Assembly: GCA_021296315.1 (NCBI GenBank)
Contig: JAGWAO010000006.1
Span: 8,977 to 72,976, forward strand
DNA length: 64,000 nt
Source: Acidimicrobiia bacterium
GTDB lineage: Bacteria; Actinomycetota; Acidimicrobiia; Acidimicrobiales; Aldehydirespiratoraceae
Direction: 5' to 3'
Shown here: piece by piece, positions 26,584-35,441 of the stretch
Position numbering within the stretch: the first letter of the stretch is position 1
Layout: the number at the start of each line of letters is the position of its first letter
Notes under the pieces: model-generated
The model's input: only the letters and a program-made list of their open reading frames with translations
The model's database searches: none
Told to the model about the DNA's origin: nothing
Position numbers and translations under genes: made by a program

Positions 26584-28812
26584 ATGCTGACGCCCCTCGA
26601 CGAGCACGCCCTGCTTGTCTTCTGGACCCAGCTGCTGGTGCTGGTCGTGGCGGCCCGGGCCATGGGCTATGCGATGCGCCGGGTCGGGCTGCCCTCGGTG
26701 ATCGGCCAGCTGGCGGCGGGGGTGGTCCTCGGGCCGTCGGTGTTCGGCGCGGTGTGGCCGAGCGGGTTCGAGTGGTTCATCCCCCACGAGGAGATCTCCT
26801 CGGGAGCCCTCTTCGCCGTCACCTGGCTCGGTGTGGCCCTCCTGCTGGTCACGGCCGGGTTCGAGACCGATCTGGCGCTGATACAGCGACTGGGGCGCGC
26901 CGCCGCTCTGGTGACGGGCTTCAGCCTGGTGGTGCCGCTGGCCGGAGGTCTGGTGACCGGCTTGCTGCTCCCGGACGACTTCGTGGGCGGTGGCGCCGAC
27001 CGCACCGTGTTCGCCCTGTTCGTGGCGGCGGCGCTGTCGGTGTCGGCTCTGGCCGTGATCGCGCGGATCTTGTCGGAGCTTGGGCTCATGAGGCGCGACT
27101 TCGGCCAGATCACGGTGGCTGCCGGAATGGCCAACGACGTAGTCGGGTGGGTGATGCTCGCCGTCTTCGCGGGCTTCGCCACCGCGGGCGAGGTGTCCGT
27201 GGGGGGCACGCTGCGGACAGTGCTGGGGCTGGCGGCGTTCCTGCTGTTGGCGATGACGCTGGGCCAGCGCGCCATCGATGCCAGCCTGCGGCGAGTCCGG
27301 CGCGACGGCCCCAACCTGCACGGCGCGCTCGGCATCGCAGTGATCACGATGCTGGTGTTCGGCGTGGCCACCCAGGCGCTGGGCATCGAGGCTGTGCTCG
27401 GCGCTTTCGTGGCCGGGGTCGTGCTGAACCGGTCGCGTTTCCAGCAGCACGAAGTCGTGCATCACATCGAGTCGCTCACCAACGCCTTCCTCGCGCCGGT
27501 GTTCTTCGCCATGGCCGGCCTTCGAGTGGATCTCTCCCTGCTGGGTGAGGGCGATGCGCTGGCCTGGGCCGGGGCGGTGATGGTGGTGGCCATCGTGGCC
27601 AAGTTCGCGGGCGCCTTCGTGGGCGCGAGGCTGGCCGGACAGTCGCAGCGGGCCGCGGTGGCGCTGGGCGCCGGGCTCAACGCCAGGGGTGCCCTGGAGA
27701 TCGTCATCGCCTCAGTAGGCCTGTCCCTGGGCGTGTTCAGCGAGACGGCCTACACCGTCATCGTGATCGTGCCCCTGGTGACGTCGGTGTTCGCCGCGGT
27801 GAGCTTGCGGCTGGCGGTGCGGGACTGGATGGGGTCCCCGGCAGAGCGCGAGCGCCTCGAGCGCGAGGAAGCCCTCAGCCGGAACCTGGTGGTTCGCTCG
27901 TCGCGGCTGCTCCTCGCATCGCGAGCCGAGCCGGCATCCATCGCGGCTGCGCAACTCATGCATTTCGCCTGGCCGGTGCAGGTGCCTGCCACTGTCATCT
28001 CAGTGGCTCCCGAGAGCCTCGGCGACGGCTCCTATCACTCCGACGGCGCAACCGCCCGCCAGTGGCCCGACATCACCATCATCCGCAGCGTGCTCGACGG
28101 CAGGGACATCGATCATCGCCAGGTGCGGGCCTCCAGTTCGGCCGGCGCAGTCGTCGCGGCGGCAATCGTGGCCGAGGCCCGCCTCGGTTACGGGGCGATC
28201 TGCGTCGGGGTGGCGGGCCGTCACGAGGGCCAGCTGTACTCGCCGTTGGTCGACGAGCTGCTGCTGCACTCGCCTCTTCCGGTGGTGATCGTCAGGCGGG
28301 CCGAGGGTCTGGAGACGCCGCTGCCGGGCGCCTTCACCCGTGCGATCGTGCCGGTCACCGGGACCCGGTCATCGAGGGCCGCTCAGGAAGTGGCTTTCGG
28401 GGTGAGCAGCCAGCTCGGAACCGAGGTCGTGCTCACCCATGTGGTGCAGAGGCACTGGACAGAACTCCGGATGCTGCCCGAGCGGCTGGCTCGCACCAGG
28501 CTGGCGGCTCGCATGCTCGGTGAGCCTCCCGTCGAACCGGCTCGCCCGGTGGTGGACGCGCTCATGGACGCCGCCCGGGCTCGAGGCGCAGAGGTGGGAG
28601 TCGAGGCCCGCGCCCTGGTCCAGGAGGGCGCGTCGCCGGCGTCGACTCTGGTTTCGGTGGCCGAGGAGCAGGAGGCCGACCTGGTGGTGTTGGGCGCGTC
28701 ATTGCGCAATGTCGACGGCCGCCCCTTCCTGGGTCACACCGTGGAGACGGTTCTTGAGCGCTGTTCCGCCAATGTGGCGGTAGTGGCCATGCCCCGCGCC
28801 GGATCCGGCTAG
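26584..28812 (+). CDS. cation:proton antiporter (CPA2/Kef-type) fused to tandem universal stress protein domains
   Basis: ATG 26584. Membrane domain with GLPSVIGQLAAGVVLGPS and NDVVGWVML. The C-terminal half has two Usp-like modules (..IVPVTGTRSS.., ..ADLVVLGAS..GHTVETVL). Confidence 0.8.
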   Translation: MLTPLDEHALLVFWTQLLVLVVAARAMGYAMRRVGLPSVIGQLAAGVVLGPSVFGAVWPSGFEWFIPHEEISSGALFAVTWLGVALLLVTAGFETDLALIQRLGRAAALVTGFSLVVPLAGGLVTGLLLPDDFVGGGADRTVFALFVAAALSVSALAVIARILSELGLMRRDFGQITVAAGMANDVVGWVMLAVFAGFATAGEVSVGGTLRTVLGLAAFLLLAMTLGQRAIDASLRRVRRDGPNLHGALGIAVITMLVFGVATQALGIEAVLGAFVAGVVLNRSRFQQHEVVHHIESLTNAFLAPVFFAMAGLRVDLSLLGEGDALAWAGAVMVVAIVAKFAGAFVGARLAGQSQRAAVALGAGLNARGALEIVIASVGLSLGVFSETAYTVIVIVPLVTSVFAAVSLRLAVRDWMGSPAERERLEREEALSRNLVVRSSRLLLASRAEPASIAAAQLMHFAWPVQVPATVISVAPESLGDGSYHSDGATARQWPDITIIRSVLDGRDIDHRQVRASSSAGAVVAAAIVAEARLGYGAICVGVAGRHEGQLYSPLVDELLLHSPLPVVIVRRAEGLETPLPGAFTRAIVPVTGTRSSRAAQEVAFGVSSQLGTEVVLTHVVQRHWTELRMLPERLARTRLAARMLGEPPVEPARPVVDALMDAARARGAEVGVEARALVQEGASPASTLVSVAEEQEADLVVLGASLRNVDGRPFLGHTVETVLERCSANVAVVAMPRAGSG

Positions 28813-28821
28813 AGGCGGCTG

Positions 28822-30567
28822 TCAGCTGTTTCGGCGGGACCGGAGTTCCTCGCGGGCCCGGGTGACGAACGCCAGCTGATCGACTGCGCTGGGGCCGGGA
28901 CCGGCCGCCCCGGCGATCGCCTCGAGCCACGGGGACGGCTGCCTGTCCACGATCTCGCCTCCCAGCTTGCGCCGGTCGCACCACAGGACGTGGAGCTCCT
29001 GCGCGGCCCGGGTGACGGCCACATGCAGCAGGCGACGCTCCTCCGCACGGGCCTCGGCGGTGCGGGCGTGGGCGATGGGGACGAACCCCTCCTCCATCCC
29101 GACGAGATGGACGATGGGCCACTCCAGACCCTTCGCACCGTGGAAGGTCATCAGATCGACGCCGTCGGACGATGCCAGCAGGCGGTCGTCGGCTCGGAGA
29201 GCGGTGGTGAAGGAGTTGACGTTGGCGTCGGGGTCGAGAGACAGATGGTCCTCCGCGAAATCCAGAAAGGCCTCGACGTTGGCTCGGGCCGCGGGTGTGT
29301 CCAGGGCGGCAGGCCCGCCCGGGTCCTCGGCGAGACTTGGAGCGTCGCGAAGCCACTGGCGAGTGTCGGCCACGCAGGAGGCGAGCCGCGCGTCGCGGGA
29401 CCAGGCCTCCTGCACGGCCGCGATCTCGGGCCGGCGGAGCAGACCGGCCTCGCTCGTGGCGGCCACCGGGATGTTCTGGCGGAGCAGCGCCCTGCGCAAC
29501 GGCTCGAGCTGCGCGTTGGTCCGGGCCAGCACCGCCTGCCGGCGCCACCGCGAACCGGGCCGGTGCCGCTGGCGGACTAGCCGGGCCAGTACCGCGGCCT
29601 CGTCGGCTCCGTCACAGGCGGTGATCGCGGGGTCGTCACCCGATGGGCGTACCGCGGGCTGGGGCGATCGGCCCAGGATCCGGCCCGCGGCGTCCAGCAC
29701 TTCGGGTGTGGAGCGGAAGTTGGTGCGCATGTGCAGTACCGCGCAGCCCCCGAACCGGTCCCCGACCGAGTTGATCAGGTCGGGATCGGCGCCGTTCCAG
29801 CCGTAGATGGCCTGGTCGGGGTCGCCCACCACCACCAGCGTCGAGTCCGGGCCCAGCCACGACCGCAGGAGCGAGAACTGAAGCGGGTTGATGTCCTGGA
29901 ACTCGTCGACGAGCAGGTGCTGGTGGAGCCAGCGGTGAGCGGCCGCGTGCTTGGGCTCGGTCGCCATCAGCTCCACCGAGCGGGCCAGTACGTCGTCGAA
30001 GTCGAGCAGCTGGCGCTTGCGCTTGGCCGACTCGTAGTCGGCGTAGATCTGGGCGAAGCGGTCCCCGCGTCCGGCAGGAAGGCGGCGCCCGGCGGCTCGC
30101 GCCGCCTCAACATAAGCCTCCGGAGTCACCATCCGGGCCCGGCACCAGCCGATCTCGTTGGCGATGTCGGTGACTGCGGCCCGGTCGGCTCGAGGCCGCA
30201 GCTCGGCGACAAGCCTCGCCGTGCTGTCGAGGATCCGGGGCGGGCGCCTGGCGGAATCGACGGCATAGCGTCGGAGTTGGGCTAGAGCGATGCCGTGGAA
30301 GGTCCCGGCTCTCACCGCGTCATTGAGGCCGAGCCGTCGTAGGCGGGACCGCAGCTCGCGAGCAGCCCGGCGAGTGAAGGTCACCGCCAGGGTGCGCCGC
30401 GGATCTATGTGGCCTTCGCCCGCCTGCCAGGCGATACGCCGGGTGAGGACGCGTGTCTTGCCCGAGCCGGCTCCGGCGATGACGCACAGCGGGGATGCCT
30501 GTGTCGTCACCGCGTCGCACTGCTCGGGCGTCAGGCCCCCCAGCAGCGGGTGTTGGGACTCAGGCAC
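28822..30567 (-). CDS. UvrD/Rep-family superfamily 1 DNA helicase (short form, 581 aa)
   Basis: LTPEQCDAV..CVIAGAGSGKT (motif I), VDEFQD (II), VVGDPDQAIYGW (III), NFRS (IV), TFHGAKGLEW (V), VAVTRA (VI). Confidence 0.85.
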   Translation of the reverse strand: MPESQHPLLGGLTPEQCDAVTTQASPLCVIAGAGSGKTRVLTRRIAWQAGEGHIDPRRTLAVTFTRRAARELRSRLRRLGLNDAVRAGTFHGIALAQLRRYAVDSARRPPRILDSTARLVAELRPRADRAAVTDIANEIGWCRARMVTPEAYVEAARAAGRRLPAGRGDRFAQIYADYESAKRKRQLLDFDDVLARSVELMATEPKHAAAHRWLHQHLLVDEFQDINPLQFSLLRSWLGPDSTLVVVGDPDQAIYGWNGADPDLINSVGDRFGGCAVLHMRTNFRSTPEVLDAAGRILGRSPQPAVRPSGDDPAITACDGADEAAVLARLVRQRHRPGSRWRRQAVLARTNAQLEPLRRALLRQNIPVAATSEAGLLRRPEIAAVQEAWSRDARLASCVADTRQWLRDAPSLAEDPGGPAALDTPAARANVEAFLDFAEDHLSLDPDANVNSFTTALRADDRLLASSDGVDLMTFHGAKGLEWPIVHLVGMEEGFVPIAHARTAEARAEERRLLHVAVTRAAQELHVLWCDRRKLGGEIVDRQPSPWLEAIAGAAGPGPSAVDQLAFVTRAREELRSRRNS

Positions 30568-30576
30568 GATCCGACC

Positions 30577-30677
30577 CTAGAGGCCGAGCGGACCGGTTTG
30601 AAGTTCGACACGGGTCTCGCACCATGCCGAGCGAAGCCGTGGTCCGAGCGGCCCGTGAGCGCAGCGACAGGAGCGGG
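30577..30677 (+). repeat. modular interspersed repeat, copy E
   Basis: ctagaggccgagcggaccgg...cgagcgaagccgtggtccgagcggcccgtgagcgcagcgacaggagcggg. Lies in the divergent helicase/zincin intergenic region. Confidence 0.9.
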
Positions 30678-30745
30678 CGACAACGGCCTCGCACCCCATA
30701 CGGCGAGCACCGTCCGGCGCACAGCTGACCGGTACTGTCTGGCCG

Positions 30746-31090
30746 GTGTTCCTGATCGACGAAGTTCGCTTCGAGCAGCTGGTGGGCGAGGCCCTCGATG
30801 CGCTGCCCCCCGCGCTGGGGGAGATGATGGAGAACATCGTGGTGGTGGTGGAGGACGTCCATCCCGAAGAGGACCTTCTCGGCCTCTACGAGGGGGTGCC
30901 GTTGACCGAGCGGGAGGATTACGGTGGGCTGGCCATGCCTGACCGGGTGACGGTCTACCGGCTGCCGATCTGCGAGATGTGCGGCAGCGAGGATGAGCTG
31001 CGGGAGGAGGTCCTGGTCACCGTGGTGCACGAGGTGGCCCACCACTTCGGCATCGACGACGAGACCCTGCATCAGCTCGGCTGGGACTAG
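30746..31090 (+). CDS. zincin-like metallopeptidase family protein (DUF1025 type)
   Basis: 114 aa with a GTG start. NIVVVVED..LGLYEG and the HExxH motif VVHEVAHHFG. Confidence 0.75.
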   Translation: MFLIDEVRFEQLVGEALDALPPALGEMMENIVVVVEDVHPEEDLLGLYEGVPLTEREDYGGLAMPDRVTVYRLPICEMCGSEDELREEVLVTVVHEVAHHFGIDDETLHQLGWD

Positions 31091-31153
31091 TCGGGGCGGC
31101 TGACGCCCGGATCGGAGTCGCTCGGACGGCTTGAGTTAATCGGTGTCCATGCC

Positions 31154-32671
31154 TCAGTCGAGGCGTGGAAACCGGCTTCGGGGACCGGCTTCGGCCCAGT
31201 CCATGTGGTTGCGGACGTATTCGTTGGCGGCGTCGCGCACCGGGTTGTAGTCCCACGAGTGCGGGCCGCCTGACTCGGTCGCAGCGTGAAGGACTCGCCG
31301 GGAGCGCTGCGAGTGCAGTACGCGGTCCCGGATTGCCGCGCTGTCCCAGCGCTGGGCGGTCTCGGCTGCGAGAGCGCCGGCCAGTGCTGTGTAGGCGGGG
31401 TCGTCGGCCAGGTTGTTGCGCTCCAGCGGATCAGCCTCCACGTCGTATAGCAGGGCCGGGTCGGTGTCGCAGTGGATGTACTTGTGACGACCCCGCCGGA
31501 TCATGAACATCGGATGCGAGGTCATCTCGGCCATGTACTCGCCGGTGGTCTCGTCGACGGCGTCGCGGCCGCCGGCCGCGAGTTCCCACAGGCTGCGACC
31601 CGCGATCGGCCTGCCGAGCTCGGGCCAGGCCCCGCCTCCGGTGGCGGTGTCGAGCAGCGTGGGCAGGAGATCCAGCAGTGAGCAGACGTTGGCCACCGAC
31701 CGGTTGGCCACGCCCGGCCCGGCCATGATCAGGGGCACCCGGACCGACCGCTCGAAGAACGAGAACTTGAAGAAGGAGCCCCGGTCGCCGAGCATGTCGC
31801 CGTGGTCGCTGGTCACGACGACCAGCGTGTTGTCGGCACGTCCGGTCTCTTCCAGCACCTGGACCAGCCGGCCGATCCACGAGTCGAAGTAGCTCGTGTT
31901 GGCGTAGTAGCCGTGGCGGGCGTTGCGGCACTGCTCAGTGCTGTAGCCGACCGTGTCGGCCTCGATGCCGCGGCGGATGCGCTGGGTGTGGGGGTCCATC
32001 TCACTCTCAGACATGGGCTCGGGCAGGTCGATGTCGTCGTGGTTGTAGAGGTTCCACCACTCGGGTCGGGCCACGTAAGGGTCGTGGGGGTGGATGAACG
32101 AGGCCACCAGGAAGAACGGCCGCTCGTCGGGGTCGCGGGCGAGGTCGTAGAGGCGGCGAGCCGCGGCAAACCCGACCTCCTCGTCGTAGTCGATCTGGTA
32201 GGTGGCCAGCGCATGGCCGGCCTCCGACAGGCTGTCCATATTGTGATACCACTTGCCGATGCGCGTGTCGGGATCGTCCCAGTTCGGGGTCCAGGCGAAG
32301 TCGGCGGGATAGATGTCGGTGGTGAGGCGCTCGTCGAACCCGTGGAGCTGGTCGGGCCCCACGAAGTGCATCTTCCCCGACAGGCAGGTGCGGTAGCCGG
32401 CCAGCGTCAGGTAGTGGGCCAGGGTGGGCACCGACGCCGGGAACTCCGCGGCGTTGTCCCAGGCTCCGATGGCCGACACCGGAAGACCAGCGAGCATGGT
32501 GAAGCGGGCCGGGGCGCATATCGGGGAGTGGCAGTAGGCCGCGTCGAAGCGGGCCCCGCGCTCGGCCAGCGCGTCCATCGCCGGCGTGCGCACCAAGGGG
32601 TGGCCGTAGGTCGCGGTGAAATGGGGCGCGAGCTGATCGGCCATAACGACCAGGATGTTGGGCCGGCTCAT
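31154..32671 (-). CDS. betC: choline-sulfatase
   Basis: MSRPNILVVMADQL..SPICAPARFTMLAG (CxPxR formylglycine motif), SDHGDMLG, and colinear choline-sulfatase length (505 aa). Confidence 0.85.
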   Translation of the reverse strand: MSRPNILVVMADQLAPHFTATYGHPLVRTPAMDALAERGARFDAAYCHSPICAPARFTMLAGLPVSAIGAWDNAAEFPASVPTLAHYLTLAGYRTCLSGKMHFVGPDQLHGFDERLTTDIYPADFAWTPNWDDPDTRIGKWYHNMDSLSEAGHALATYQIDYDEEVGFAAARRLYDLARDPDERPFFLVASFIHPHDPYVARPEWWNLYNHDDIDLPEPMSESEMDPHTQRIRRGIEADTVGYSTEQCRNARHGYYANTSYFDSWIGRLVQVLEETGRADNTLVVVTSDHGDMLGDRGSFFKFSFFERSVRVPLIMAGPGVANRSVANVCSLLDLLPTLLDTATGGGAWPELGRPIAGRSLWELAAGGRDAVDETTGEYMAEMTSHPMFMIRRGRHKYIHCDTDPALLYDVEADPLERNNLADDPAYTALAGALAAETAQRWDSAAIRDRVLHSQRSRRVLHAATESGGPHSWDYNPVRDAANEYVRNHMDWAEAGPRSRFPRLD

Positions 32672-32852
32672 GCGGGGACGCTACTTATGTGCTGCCGCCG
32701 GCTCATGTTCAGACGCTACATGCGCGCCACGCCCGCTCATTCCAGGACGCTAGCGGCAGGCGGGGATGGCCGCGGCCGGGGTCCGCGCCGCCCAGCACCG
32801 GCGCATGTACCTTGCGGCCGTCGCATCACCCACGAACGATTGGGACTAGCTG

Positions 32853-35285
32853 ATGAACGTCGCTACCGGTGCAATGGTTGTCGCGGTCCTGCTTGCGTCG
32901 CTGATCGCTCCGTCGACCGCTCTGGCCCAGGCCGAGGAGCCGGTCGACCGTGAGGCGCTGGTGGGGTTCTTCGTTGCGACCGGAGGCGACACTTGGGGTC
33001 GGAGCGACAACTGGGGCTCGGATCTGCCGCTGGATCGGTGGCACGGAGTGGGCACCGACAGCGCGGGCCGGGTGGTGAGCCTGGCCCTGCCGTCCAACGG
33101 GCTCGTCGGGCCGATCCCAGCATCGATCGGCAGCCTCACCCGCCTGGAGCACCTGGATCTCGCCGACAACGACGTGTACGGGGAGATCCCCGCCGAAATC
33201 GGCGATCTGGCAAACCTGATCCACCTGGACCTCCACAACAACCGGCTGGACCGCCCCATCCCCCCCGAGGTCGGCAGCCTCGCCGCATTGGAGGTGCTGG
33301 ACCTCAAACACAACCATCTGTCAGGGGCGATACCAGCCGAGGTCGGCAACCTCGCCAGCCTCAGGATCCTCGACCTGCGAGGCAACGGCCTCTCCCGCCA
33401 GGTGCCGGACTCGCTCGGCGGGCTCTCCAGCCTCACCCGCCTGGTGCTCAGCGGCAACCGGCTGTCCGGAGGGATGCCGCCAGAGCTGGGAAGCCTGGGC
33501 AGCCTCGTGTGGCTGGACATGAGCCGCAACTCGCTGTCGGGTGACATCCCGCCCGAGATGGGTGACCTCGCCAACCTGACCTGGCTCGATCTCAGCAGCA
33601 ACTACCTCTCGGGCCAGGTTCCACCTGAGCTGGGCCGCCTGTCGCACCTCAGGACGCTCAGCCTGTGGCTCAACGGGCTGACCGGGGAGATCCCCCCGGA
33701 GTTGGGCGACTTGGCCGCGCTCGAGGATCTGAGCCTGAGCCTCAACGATCTGTCCGGCACGATCCCGCCCGAACTGGGGAGGTTGACCGCACTGCGGCTG
33801 CTGCGGCTCGGGCACAACCAGCTGTCGGGCTCGATTCCCGCCGAGTTCGGCAAGCTCGGTGGCCTGCGGTACCTCTGGCTCGAGGACAACGAGTTGTCGG
33901 GAGCCATTCCGGCGGAGTTGGGCGATCTGCACGGCCTCAAGGGTCTCTGGCTCGAGGGCAACCGGCTGTCCGGCTCCATACCCGACGAGATAGGCCGACT
34001 TCGGTGGCTGCGGAGGATGTATCTCCACGACAACCGGCTGTCGGGCGACATCCCAGCCTCGATCGGGGAACTGTCCCGCCTGGAGGAGCTTCGCCTGGAC
34101 GGCAACGAGCTGACGGGCGAGCTGCCGGCAGCTCTGGGCGAACTCAGCAACCTCGAGCGCATGAACCTGGCCGACAACTGGCTCTTTGGGGAGATTCCCT
34201 CCCAGATTGCGAACCTCGGAAGGTTGCAGATCCTGCGGCTGAACGACAACGAGCTGAAGGGGCCCATCCCCGCCGGCATTGGCCGCCTGACCCGACTCAC
34301 AGAACTCGATCTGCACGACAACGCACTCACTGGGCCGATTCCCGCGGGGATCGGCAAGTTGGGCGAGCTCAGGCGCCTGCGGCTCCACAACAACCGGCTG
34401 TCGGGGGGGATCCCGCCCGGCATCGGCAGGCTCGCAGAGCTCTCAGTCCTCGATCTGAGTGACAACCGTCTGTCGGGCGCAATACCCGAGAGCCTGGGAG
34501 ACCTCTCGAACCTCACGCAGCTGATCCTCCGCGAGAATCAGCTGGTGGGGGAGATTCCCGCGTCGCTAGCCCGCCTCGGCCGCCTCGAGTGGCTGGACCT
34601 CAGTCTCAACCAGCTGCACGGGCCGATCCCGCCCGGAGTGGGCGACCTCGCGAGCCTTGAAGCCTTATACCTCAGCTTCAACTTCCTGGACGGGGAGATC
34701 CCCGAAGAGTTCGGAAACCTCGCCAACCTCAAGATCCTGAAGCTCCGCTGGAACGAGCTCTCCGGCGAGATTCCCGCCCAGCTCGGCGACCTGAGCAGCC
34801 TCCGGCAGTTGAACCTGTGGCACAACCGTCTCACTGGGCCGATCCCGCCCGAGCTCGGCCGTCTTGTGAACCTGACCCGGCTCGACCTCGACGGCAACGA
34901 GCTGTCGGGCGAGATCCCCGAGGAGCTCGGCAACCTCAGCCTGCTGACGGAGCTGTGGCTCACGGGCAACGACCTGTCCGGCGGGATCCCCGCTGAGCTG
35001 GGCCGCCTTACCGGGTTGAGGCGCCTGTATCTCGACGGCAACCGCCTCACCGGCGCGATACCGGCTGGGCTGGCGAACCTGGCTGGCCTTAGGAGGCTGT
35101 GGCTCCAGGACAATGAGCTGTCGGGCGAGATTCCCACCCGATTGGGCGGCTTGACCGGCCTGGAGCAGATCTTCCTCGGCGGCACCAACGCGCTGGACGG
35201 ATGCCTACCAGCGGCGTGGGAGTCGCTCGACACCTTGGTTGGCGACTTGGACACGCTGGGCCTGGAGTTCTGCGCCGTCTCCTAG
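32853..35285 (+). CDS. secreted leucine-rich repeat protein, plant-specific-type 24-residue LRRs
   Basis: Signal peptide MNVATGAMVVAVLLASLIAPSTALAQA. LRRNT-like cap (..WGSDLPLDRWHGVGTDSAGRVVSLAL). Then 29 uninterrupted repeats of LxxLxLxxNxLSGxIPxELGxLxx. Confidence 0.85.
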   Translation: MNVATGAMVVAVLLASLIAPSTALAQAEEPVDREALVGFFVATGGDTWGRSDNWGSDLPLDRWHGVGTDSAGRVVSLALPSNGLVGPIPASIGSLTRLEHLDLADNDVYGEIPAEIGDLANLIHLDLHNNRLDRPIPPEVGSLAALEVLDLKHNHLSGAIPAEVGNLASLRILDLRGNGLSRQVPDSLGGLSSLTRLVLSGNRLSGGMPPELGSLGSLVWLDMSRNSLSGDIPPEMGDLANLTWLDLSSNYLSGQVPPELGRLSHLRTLSLWLNGLTGEIPPELGDLAALEDLSLSLNDLSGTIPPELGRLTALRLLRLGHNQLSGSIPAEFGKLGGLRYLWLEDNELSGAIPAELGDLHGLKGLWLEGNRLSGSIPDEIGRLRWLRRMYLHDNRLSGDIPASIGELSRLEELRLDGNELTGELPAALGELSNLERMNLADNWLFGEIPSQIANLGRLQILRLNDNELKGPIPAGIGRLTRLTELDLHDNALTGPIPAGIGKLGELRRLRLHNNRLSGGIPPGIGRLAELSVLDLSDNRLSGAIPESLGDLSNLTQLILRENQLVGEIPASLARLGRLEWLDLSLNQLHGPIPPGVGDLASLEALYLSFNFLDGEIPEEFGNLANLKILKLRWNELSGEIPAQLGDLSSLRQLNLWHNRLTGPIPPELGRLVNLTRLDLDGNELSGEIPEELGNLSLLTELWLTGNDLSGGIPAELGRLTGLRRLYLDGNRLTGAIPAGLANLAGLRRLWLQDNELSGEIPTRLGGLTGLEQIFLGGTNALDGCLPAAWESLDTLVGDLDTLGLEFCAVS
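33072..35159 (+). repeat. 72-bp coding tandem array (29 LRR units)
   Basis: Strict 24-codon periodicity read directly from the translation. It generates several long spurious ORFs in other frames. Confidence 0.85.
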
Positions 35286-35336
35286 CGGCCAGGCGTGGCC
35301 GCTGCCGGTTCGTGGACATATAGTCTCCGTCGACAA

Positions 35337-35439
35337 CCAAGACCGGGGAGCTCGGGACAGCCGGGCTGAGAGGGCACCCACGCGATCGCCGCGGTGTCGA
35401 CCCGCCGACCTGATCTGGGTAATGCCAGCGGAGGAAGGC
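35337..35439 (+). promoter_or_regulatory. TPP (THI-box) riboswitch
   Basis: ggggagc..gggctgagag..acccgccgacctgatctgggtaatgccagcggaggaagg matches the THI element core (CUGAGA, ACCUGAUCUGGAUAAUGCCAGCG). Its 3' end contains the GGAGGAAGG SD of the downstream ABC binding protein. Confidence 0.85.
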
Positions 35440-35441
35440 CC

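Noticed and set aside
33072-35159. Regular 72-bp periodic array, considered as a possible CRISPR-like or non-coding satellite
   Set aside because: The periodicity is exactly 24 codons in one long open frame with a clear LRR consensus and a signal peptide. There is no repeat/spacer alternation.
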